Assembly (NCBI GenBank): GCA_050273025.1 | Contig: CP158635.1 | Location: 24,924,001 to 24,988,000 of the forward strand | Direction: 5' to 3' | DNA: 64,000 bases | Origin: Cenococcum geophilum | Taxonomy: Eukaryota | Shown: one piece after another, positions 54,333-64,000 of the stretch | How the letters are laid out: each line of letters starts with the position of its first letter | How positions within the stretch are numbered: the stretch's first letter is position 1 | The notes under the pieces: model-generated | What the model saw: the letters and a program-made list of their open reading frames with translations, nothing else | What the model was told of the DNA's origin: nothing | The model's database searches: none | Translations under genes and position numbers: made by a program

Positions 54333-56099
54333 TTATTCCCGACAGTATAGCTAATATTTTATATTTAGGTTCCTTTAAGGCAATGCCTAACTTATCTTAT
54401 AAATAGTAAGAAAAGTTAGGTAATTTCTAGAAAAGACTGTCCTTAGTACGGTACTCTAGTAAACTGTTTAGACTATTTAGTAAGCACCCTTTCCCGGCAA
54501 TTTCTGTACGAGTTGGCTAATAGATAAAGTACCTCAAATATAGGAGATTAGGCAATTTGTATACATTAAAGGCTTTAAACCTATAGGAGAAATATATTAC
54601 TGCCAATTACATATAAGAAATATGCAGGACTTAGTTGTTTACTATTTATTAACCCTTAATATTATTGCTAACCCGTAATTTTGTTCCCGAAACTCTTACC
54701 TAGTTACTCTACTATAGTTAGAACTATGAAACCGTCTCCCCCTATTTTAGCTCCACCACTCTTCTATACGGCTTCATTTCTAGTAAATAGCGAGAAATCT
54801 TTGTTTAGCAAGCTCGCTGTCTCCCTACCCTCCTACACGTCTGCATCCTTAGTAGATAGATACTAATCTTCCTTTAGGAAATCTACTTTCTTTAAACCTT
54901 AAAACCACTCGGCTTTAGAAATAGAATAGTTAATAAAATGAAGATTGTCTCTTTTCTTGTCTAGGAAGAAATTAAGAATATAAGTCTCTAGAAGGCTAGA
55001 GAAAGCTTTAAGCACGCTAGAGAAAGGCTCCCCGTCTTTACTAACTATAACCCTACTATCTATATTTGCTATTAACTAAAGTTCTTAAATAATATTCGGG
55101 CCAAAGCAATGTGCATTAGTGTCATTTCTACCCTTTAGAGAATCTTTGGCAATTTTTTTAACCTCCTCTATAAGAGCCTTTACGCCCTATACCTCCAAAT
55201 ATATTTTAAGCTTCTTAAGAGTGGAGTCCCTTTCCTTTCTAGTTTTTTTAGGTCCCTTTAAAAGAGTCTCTACCTCGAGCCTGGGACTATTCGTAAATAG
55301 GTACTTAGTTATATACTTAGCAACCTCCCAAAGTAGTATGACCTCGCTTTTTTTATAGATGCCGATCTCCTATAATAGTTTTTGCTATATAAATATGGCC
55401 GGTTTCCATAGTTCCTAGGTTTTATCCTTAAATTCTAGACTATCGCTATCCTAAAGAGGATAAAGAGGAGGAGGAGGAGGAGGAAAAGGAGGCGAAGGAG
55501 GCGGAGGAGGCGGAGGCGGAGGCGGCGGTAGTAGTGGTAATGGCTGCAATAGAAGAGTTATAATAGCTGCTTTAGGAAGAGGGTTAAAGGAGATGCTAAT
55601 GATTTAGAAAGAGGATTGAAGGTAATTCTAATAAGAAGATGGACTAATCTAGGATATCTAGGCTAATTTATAGATAGGTTATCTAATATCTCTGCGAAAA
55701 AGAGGGGCGTGTAATGTAGTGAGATTATTGTAACGCTGTTTGTGGCGTTTTATAGAAGACTTATCTTAGAAGCTAAGTTATAGATACAGCTTATAAACTA
55801 TAACAACTTCCCAAAAATATAAGGATACTCTACTACCCAATTTCCAATAGGGAGTTTAGCCGGTCATAGGCATGCATATATATACACTAGTAGAAAATGT
55901 ATAAAAGGTTATATACCTAAAAGTCTGTAGAACTTAGAGCGTATATAATATAGATAAGGTCCCTATAGGGGTATATATCACTTCGCTCTCTAACTATACT
56001 TTAGGCGTTAAGAAATATAGGGACGCTATTAGTATTGCGGGTAGTGAAGATAGGCAAAGGTTGAAGTTTTATTACTATAGGCGTTAAATAATAAACTTT

Positions 56100-56890
56100 G
56101 TTTATAGATATTACATTCTAGGGAAGAATAAGATTTATTTCTTAATAAGTATAAAAATAGGGTGGGGAAATAGCTTGCTAATCCGAGTACTTAGTTCTTA
56201 AGATTTAAGGCTAGTCACTATTTAGAGCTTTAGGTCTCCTAAGCATATAAAAGGGTAAATATAAGAAATCTAAGTCCTAAGCGCCGCCGCAGCTTTAGGC
56301 CTAATGAAGTACCTAGTTATTAAGATTCCAAAACCTACCTATATACTAGTCTAAATAAAAGGGTATAAATAAGTACTTAAAGCCCCAATCGCCGCCGCAG
56401 CTATAGGCCTACTAAAGTGCCTGGCTGTTAAGGTTCTAAAACCTATATATATACCAGTCCAAACCGCACCGCGAACTACTTTTATAAAATCTTGGTCAAG
56501 CTTTATTATACGCTTCCCTAAACCATCCAGAGCTAATCTTTTATCCTATATATGCAGAATACGATTAGACTAGCTCTTACACTAGACCTAGCGTCTATTA
56601 TGCTTAAATTGTACCAGGATCTTAGTACCATAGTTACTCGTCCAGCGGAGATAGTCTAAATGTTAAGTTGTATAACTTCTGAGCTTAGAGTATGGGCTAA
56701 AATAAGCACCAATTATCTTAACAACCTATAACTTCGTTAATTTCGCTTAGTAATTATATGGATAATAGCCTTACTTTAACTTTTCCTAGCTCCGGCTCTA
56801 AAAACTCTTTAAATTTGTATAAAGAAGCCCTGTCTACCTTAAAAATATTCTCTTTGTCTTTAGGGACCTAACCGCCCAAAAACACCATAT
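56100..56890 (-). pseudogene. Hypothetical membrane protein with a 36-aa (108-bp) tandem repeat
   Basis: 56272-56354 is repeated at 56380-56463. The minus frame gives the hydrophobic unit WTGIYIGF..L..R.F.RP.AAAA.G....Y.YPF. Confidence 0.45.
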
Positions 56891-57021
56891 TGGTTATTTA
56901 CTCTATAATATACTCTAGTAGAGATAGAATGTACACGTTTAGGAGAAGTCCTTTAGTTGTATTTATGTGCACCTCTAGCCGCCAGGGTACAATTCTCTAT
57001 ATCCTCCCCTTGCGACGTAGC

Positions 57022-57514
57022 GAGGTAGAAAGTTAACTTAGTTAAGAGCGAAGGCGCCACTAAAAGCGCTAATATAGCTATGGCTATATTAGCGCTCTTA
57101 GTAGCGCCCTTTATACAACTGAGTATCCCTATAAAGACTCCGCGTTAGGCATAGTAGCCTACTAACTTTCGGACTATTCCTATACTTCTATTAATCCTTC
57201 CCTAGTAAAACGCTACCGCAATACAATCCCCTATAAGAGCGACCACAATATCCTTAAAGTTATATAAGCCATACTTGGGATACTTTATATTGATCTTTTA
57301 ACCCATAAGATACCTATTTAAGAGGAAGTATAAAGATATTTTATGCCTTAATAAAAATCAATAGGTCGCTTTAATAACTACTAAGTCTAATATAGTTTTA
57401 CCTCTGTGGTATTTAGCTCCAAAAAAAGAAAATAAGTGCTTACTATCTCTTCTTTAGGGAAACTGATATTGACTTCTAGAAGGGAAATTCTCAATTGGAT
57501 ATGTCTAAATCTTA
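57022..57514 (+). repeat. Unit B copy 1, with a ~60-bp palindrome (57051-57111)
   Basis: Aligns with 61670-62080. Confidence 0.9.
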
Positions 57515-57519
57515 ATAGC

Positions 57520-60500
57520 AAACCTATCCCTCTTCCCGCTCTAAAATTCCCTTAGCCTTTGCCCTCTTTTTAATATCTTAGCTTTCCATACGAGGCAGCG
57601 TATTAAATGGCTTTAAAAAAGGGTATTAATAACAACTGGAACTGGAGGTTTAAAAGTGAACGTAAAGAGATTTTCCGTATAATATTTGCTGAACCTAAAT
57701 CTATTAAGGTTAGGAGCTATTCTATACATATATCCTACACTCTAACTGTTTTACAGACAGAGAAAATATTAGCCTGTATAATTATAGCACCTATTATACT
57801 AACCGCGTGCTTACGCGCTTAGTACGCCGAGTATGCGTTTACGCGTTTAGTGTACTAACCACCTACTTACGCGTCTGGTGCACTTCTGAAGCACTAACTA
57901 ATTAGGGGGGAGGCGTATTAGTATATAGACTACGTAGTCTACTTTATATAATTGACAGTCACTACTGTCTAAATAAGCATACGATACTATACGTATTTCG
58001 TGCCCCTAGACATAACTTACTTATACTATTAAATTGGTATAAATAAGCCTTTTGCCCTGATCCCTCGAAGCTATGCAATTCTTTGGTATTTATGCAGTTT
58101 ACCTAGAATAGGCTATAGTTAGATGGTTACTGGGAGTTATAGAACTTAGAGTTAATAAATAATTAGACGGAATCACTAAGAATAGATGGGATGGACGATT
58201 TCGTTAGTTAGATGGAATTGCTTAAGCAAAACGGATACTAAAAAGATCAATATAGAGCATGGAAGAAGATACTGTCTTTAATAGCGGAAGCTAGGCTATC
58301 CTAGTTGACTGTGATAGAGGACTTAAGTAGCTAATAAGGGACTTTAACAGGCATAGAGGCTTAAGACGTTAGCTTTGCTTTAGTGTAAAAATGCTATTAA
58401 ACTAAAACCCAATATCGCCATGCCCTAGCTATCAGGAGCGTAGGATATAAGCCGTTAAATACAATATAGCGTTATTACATTGCCGTAGTGTTCTGAAGTT
58501 ACTGCTAGTGGTATAGCAATGCCTAGATATCAACCTGCTTAATAGTAATTAGATTTTGCCCTCTTTTTAGGAGCTCCTCTTTTTTAGTAAGGCCGTTATA
58601 CGGTAGCTTTATTTAATCCTATAATCTAATAAGTTATTATACGCCAGCAGGGATCGCGATCGGCCCTTTAGTACGCTACTTTAATAACACAGTAGGGTGC
58701 ATAAACTTCATTTAATTAGTTTAGGTACATTCTTCATCAAAGGAGCGCTGGCTATAGTGGATATCTTTATAGCTATGTTGAGTTTCTCTTCACTGCTTGT
58801 TTTTACTTTGTAGAAAATATCTCTAAAGCTCTAAACTGCTGCTAAGGTTCTGTATAGTGCGCTCGATCTTTACCCTATTTATATTTCCTTGCCCGTTTAA
58901 GCAGTATGGTCGAAGCTTACACGAGACAGCGCTATATATTAAAGGAGCTTTTTTATGGCGACAATTTAAGAATAGGTAAGCGGTTCGTCCCTTAAGGTAT
59001 ACAACTCCCTAAAGTAAGTTTACCTTCTAGGGCAGGAAGCGATCTTCCTATATAGCGGAGATAGTAGGTATGCTTATAGTGGGCTTAAATATAATTATAT
59101 ATAATAATAGTAGGGCTAACCAGATAATGGATGCCAGCATTAAATAGACTAACCTTTACCGAAAAGGCGGCGATAGAACGATATACAGGCCATAAGGCAG
59201 CGGGGAGGTAATCCAATTGGAGACCTGCTCTGCGCCGCTACTAGGCTAGTTGACGTTAAATAAAGAATGTTAAGCAACTAAATTACAGTGGGCGAAATAT
59301 AGGCTGTTAGTAGAAGGTTTAGTTTAAGTATCTATGCGATATCTATTTATTAATAGTTCCCTACTATATAGCTCTAGAAGGCGAGGTATTTACTAACTAT
59401 TAATACCGTAAGGAAACCCACCGAATACTAGACTACCACTTCCCTATATAGTCTCCCTTTAGAATATATGTTCTTAAGTTACCTCTTATAAACCCTCTAT
59501 AGGGTTTAGCCGCATACTGTAAAACCGGCGAGATAAGCTTTTTGTAACGTAGGTTCTGTGGGAACATTAAAAGTGGAACCCTCTACTATATTAACTAAGA
59601 GCTCCGCACCTTGGCTTATACATATTTTATTAATAGTAAGGGTCGCTCGATACTTAGTTTCTTAAAGGGTCACCTCTATATCCACGAGATAGGTGGTAAA
59701 ATTTATATTAGACACCTCTGTAATCTACGACATTAGGATTTTATCCTCTATATTAGATAAGTAGGGGCCCTACTTTTAGGGATGGAATCTCTTCGTCCTT
59801 AAATGTTTTGTAATTTTCAGACGTAATAAACTTCTTATAGCTCGCAACGCCTAATACCTACTTGTTTGCGGTGGAATCTATCGTATTAGAAGGGGCAATA
59901 GTGATTTCGGTAGAATAACAAGATAATTTTCGAGGTGATAGAGATAAAGGTCTTATATAATTAAAGCTAGATACTAAGGAGGGTTTAAAGAGCCTATTTA
60001 TGCGTATATGGGTTAGGCTAGATTAACTAAATACGGCCCCTATTTCTAACCTAGTATTGCGGACATGTATACTATCTTATAGTTTCCTAACAAAAGTATA
60101 CGGTATAATGTGGTTGCTGCAGATAATAAAGACCGGTAAATGCCTATATGCGAGGCGTTAAGCCAAGACTGTAAATAGGAGGGTGCTATAATATATATTC
60201 GGAGGCTGTAAACGGACAAATACCGCTTGCTTTTAGTTATGCTCTAAATAGTGACGGAGTACAAGATAATTAATAAGCAATAAAGGTTGGGGATGGCTTA
60301 AAGCCGCTGCGAGACGAATGTAACTGCATAAAGTGGGGCAAATGCGTATAGCTAGTATGCTTATTGTCAAAAGGTCACCGAAGGAGGTCTCGCGGCCAAT
60401 TTATTGGACGACAATAGTACTTAAGTAAGTTAGATGCACTTTAAAGTATACTCTAAGCACTAGAAGAGAATAGATACATAACAATATACAAATAAAATAC

Positions 60501-61664
60501 TTATAGATAAGAACCATCCGAATATAGGCTTAGGTAAAAGTGTTTATCAGCCCTCCGGTCGTTTAGTATTACTCCCACTATATAATGAAATTGCCTTCTT
60601 ATAGACTTTAGGCAAGTCCACCCTAGTTTCTAATAGCTAATAGTATAGGCTTCCCACTAGTACTAATCCACGCTTTTTACTTCTTCTATTTAAAGGCCCA
60701 CTTTAGAAAATAACGGCAAATTACATTTTCCTTCCCGCCACTAGAATTTTGCTGCTATCCAAATACGTATAGCAAATAGTGCTGCAGTATATTTAAATTA
60801 TATTTTACGGCGCTCTCAATTGCCGCGCTCGGGACATCGGAGAAGTTTTTAGGGATTATTGCAATAGTAGATAACAAGCCATATAATTAAAATGTCGCAG
60901 CTTGCTATAAAGTATAAATACGAAGCGTTTAGGGTTAGGGAAGAAGACTTTACCTAGTACGACTTAATTATTATTACCAACACCTCCTAGTCGCTCTTAA
61001 AGTCATAGACTGGAGAAAAAGTCTGGAAATTGGGCTCTTTAGCCGATGTAGTAAAGCGGTGGTTTTAGTAGGTGGGAAGGCTATTTCTAGTAACAAGAAG
61101 CCACGATATTACTACAACGGCTAATAGTTGGTGGAGAGTATTATAGATAACTCCTTTAACGGGCTGCGTAAAAAGCCTATTTATATTACGTAAGAGTACT
61201 CTGTATAGCGTTTAGATATATTAAGGGGCAGTTTAGCCAAGTTACCCTTTTTGGAATGTTACGGTAGGTTTTAGGGCATTTTTCGTTATTAATCCCACTC
61301 CTCTATACTAAATACCCGTAGAAGACTAATTGGGTACGGATAAGCTGCGACTAGTAAGTAGGAAGGCTGCGGATTAAATAGGCGGTAGAGGTATATATGG
61401 TTGAATGTGAGGTACGGGATGCCTATAGGGTTAGTAGGTGCAGAAAGGTGCGAGCTATATAGCTGCTTACTTTTAATTGCTTTTGGGGTTTGGTATTAAC
61501 TCTAGAGGTCTTTTAGTGGTTTATTTATATACCAGTCGGTGAATTACAGCAGTGGTCGCAGTAGTGGATTCTCCTTTTAGTGATTGCCGTTATTTAGGGG
61601 GATTAGGGGCATAAATATATTTAACGAACTTCGCATCTCTCTAAGTAAGAAGAGGGATAGGTTT
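57520..61664. mobile_element. Segment C: 4.1-kb IR-bounded segment with unidentified RIPed coding-like content
   Basis: aaacctatccctcttc ... gaagagggataggttt, flanked on both sides by atagc. Confidence 0.7.
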
Positions 61665-61669
61665 ATAGC

Positions 61670-62080
61670 AAGGTATAGAGTTAACTTAGTTTAAGAGTAA
61701 AGGGCGCTACCGAGAGCGCTAATATAGCTATAGCTATATTAGCGTTCTTAGTGGCGTCCTTTGCACGACCTTAAGTACTCCTACAGACACTCTCTTTTAC
61801 ACCTGTTCCTATACAGTAGGACGCCACCGCAATGCCTATAAGCCTTTGGCGATCGCAATCCCCTATAAGAGGGGATACCTATTTAAGAGAAAGTATAGAG
61901 ACCTTTAACGCCTTAATAAAGATTAATAGGTTGCTTTAATAACTACTAAGTTTAGCACGGCTTTATCTCTACGGCACTAAGCTTTAAGAAAAGGAAAGAA
62001 GTGCTTACTATCTCTTTGCCAGGGAAGCTGGCGTTAACTTCCGGAGAGGGAAGTTCCTAATTAGATGTGTCTGAATTTTA
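61670..62080 (+). repeat. Unit B copy 2, with a ~60-bp palindrome (61700-61762)
   Basis: Aligns with 57022-57514, with an internal deletion. Confidence 0.9.
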
Positions 62081-64000
62081 ATAGCATTATAAGGGGAGGA
62101 TGGAAACTTGGGGGTATATAGAGAATTGTACCCTAGTAGCTAGAGGTACACGTTAACTATAAGTTGCCCTATTGCCCCAACGCCTCGCTAATTTTTCCTG
62201 CCTTGTATTCTCCTATACTTACAATATTTACCCTATTTCTATAGTATTAGGCCTAATACTATATAGATCCCACTTTTGTCCTTGCTGGTATTATAGTTCT
62301 GATTTCCGTACCCATAGTGATATTTAGCTGTTCTGCTACTACTTAAAATATCTATTTTATAGAGTCTCCGAAGTTCGTTTATTTGTAGCAGCCGCAGGTT
62401 TTTCTTATCGCTAGTTATATAGGTTGTTTCTTTACTGTCATTGTGGTAGGTATATTTATATTATTAAATTGGGTAAGGCCTAAGAAGTGGGCCCATTATG
62501 GCTTTATAAAGGCTGGCTTAACACTGTTATTATATAGCATACCAGTTCTTAGTCTACTTTTTCCATCGTTATTAATTTGCGAGCTGAGCCTATAAAACTA
62601 CTAGGATCTAAGATACTAGCCCTTCTTACGTATAAAGCGTCTAGGTGGGGTAATATATCTCCGTAAACCTGGATTGCTAAACGTAGCGTATTAACTGTAA
62701 TGAGTATACAAGCCCGCCTCTGTATCCTTGCATTCCCTATAAGGAGCTATAATATTTACCAATTATAGCTTTTCTAGAATGCGTAGATCGGACAGGGGTG
62801 TTAGATGTCTTAGTAGAATAGTAGCTTGCTTTTAATATATACAAAAAGGGGAAGGGTTAGCCGGCTTAGCCTATAATTACACTTACTGTTAAATAGGGTT
62901 GAATTTAGATATAATAGAGAGTTCCTCAACCTTAGATTTATTCTGTCAGGTTAAGCAACACTCTATTAGCTCCAATAGAAAATAAAAACTACTCTTTCTT
63001 TTTAACAGCCTCCTAGCCTTTATGCCTCTAATAGGATGCCTTTAAAATCCTCTCTAACGTATATTACTTCTACAGGGGCTCCTAAGGACTTAGGCACGCT
63101 ATAAGCCTTACCAGGCCCTACTAATGCGGAATAGTTGTTGATGTTTTCTCTTGTCGACTAGCACGGCAATTATTTCCTTTATCTAATTATCTTATGCCTT
63201 ATATATAAGGTATAACTAGCTAGACATTTCTGGTGCTTACGTTTACTATATTTAGACGCTGCGAAATACTATATTAAAAGGGTTTAAAAATCCACGAACT
63301 TGTAATACTATTCTGAATTATAAATTCCATTTAGAGGATAGGAAGGGAAGGATTATTCCGCTAAACGCTTAGGGACTATTTACAATAAGGTATATAGAGA
63401 AAAGGAAGTCAGGCAAGGTTATAAGAATTATAGTATCGCCCCTATTTTTCACCCTTGTAGTTAATAATACTCTATTATAGGTTATATTACCTGTAAACTT
63501 ATACTGCCCTATTGAGGTATATTGACTCAAACTCGGTATAAGAGCTATATTTTACCACTATTCTAGGGCATACGCAGGGCCATTCTCTACGCCTTATACT
63601 GGCTCTATAGGGACACGGATATAAACACAATTAGGGCCGTAAAACAAGATCGGTACTAGCTTAAGGATTAATAAGGTGCACTCGTTCTCCTAGTATACTT
63701 TAACTACCTAAGTAGTATAATAGTCAAGTTAATTATATCCAATTCGTGTAATTCTACGTCTCCTACTCTACCTCCTACTCTACCTTCTACGCCAGCTCTA
63801 TCTCGAGCTTCCTTTCCCGCTCCGCACTATCTGCCTTTAATCGTCACTTAGACAGAGATACCAGTTATTGTTGTTAATTAAGGATCATTGCCTAGGATTA
63901 GTGGTTATAGCAGTAGATATATGTTAATTGTAATAGTCGCTAAAGCTGCATCCGAATACTTAGGCGGGGGTCATTATATATAGAAAGAAGAGGCGAAGAC

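Larger units (their letters stand above)
56965..62153. mobile_element. Composite element A-core-B-core-C-core-B-core-A' (outer IR, duplicated unit, inner IR segment)
   Basis: Outer IRs 56965-57016 / 62086-62153; cores gtagc 57017, atagc 57515, atagc 61665, atagc 62081; inner IRs 57520-57540 / 61644-61664. Confidence 0.75.
1..64000 (-). mobile_element. Probable interior of a RIP-inactivated Starship (giant fungal tyrosine-recombinase transposon); boundaries and captain not seen
   Basis: PLP, DUF3723 and FRE-like pseudogenes co-occur in one orientation with diverse accessory cargo. I recognised no housekeeping genes, and RIP is uniform across the window. Confidence 0.72.

Noticed and set aside
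55460..55545. GGA/GGC microsatellite
   Set aside because: Most likely a poly-Pro tract of an unidentified minus-strand pseudogene and not informative.
60300..60330. HSSRSG on the minus strand as a tyrosine-recombinase HxxR motif in segment C
   Set aside because: I found no supporting downstream H/W...Y box or upstream Arg motif, so it could be chance.
1..64000. Alternative genetic code (TAA/TAG = Gln)
   Set aside because: Stops also replace Trp and Arg codons, missense transitions destroy catalytic motifs, and the LTR and repeat pairs show C>T/G>A hypermutation. RIP explains all of this.
1..64000. DUF3435 captain gene or Starship termini
   Set aside because: I found no recognisable captain motifs by eye. 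They are probably outside the window or too degraded.

Overview
Fungal (filamentous ascomycete-type) AT-rich DNA that has been saturated by repeat-induced point mutation (RIP): TpA is abundant, CpA/TpG is scarce, and nearly every reading frame carries TAA/TAG stops where Gln/Trp codons are expected. I found no intact gene. Reversing RIP transitions by eye reveals about 20 pseudogenes. They include the three hallmark Starship auxiliary genes (patatin-like phospholipase, DUF3723, ferric reductase-like), all on the minus strand, plus accessory cargo: nucleotidyltransferase-like, TPR, HeLo-like N-terminal, PD-(D/E)XK, SRF/MADS, BTB, DUF6914, BYS1, cupredoxin and mucin-like genes. The window is most likely the interior of a RIP-killed Starship; I did not recognise the DUF3435 captain or the element ends. 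Nested elements are a full-length Ty1/copia with LTRs and TSD, a Ty3/gypsy 3' remnant, a Tc1/mariner-type MITE and a 68-bp hAT-type mini-element. The most unusual structure is at 56965-62153: three segments (B, C, B) are joined inside a split palindrome, and all four junctions carry the same 5-bp core RTAGC, resembling a site-specific recombination cassette array. Family calls come from recalled motifs in hand-deRIPed translations, not database searches, and most pseudogene ends are approximate.
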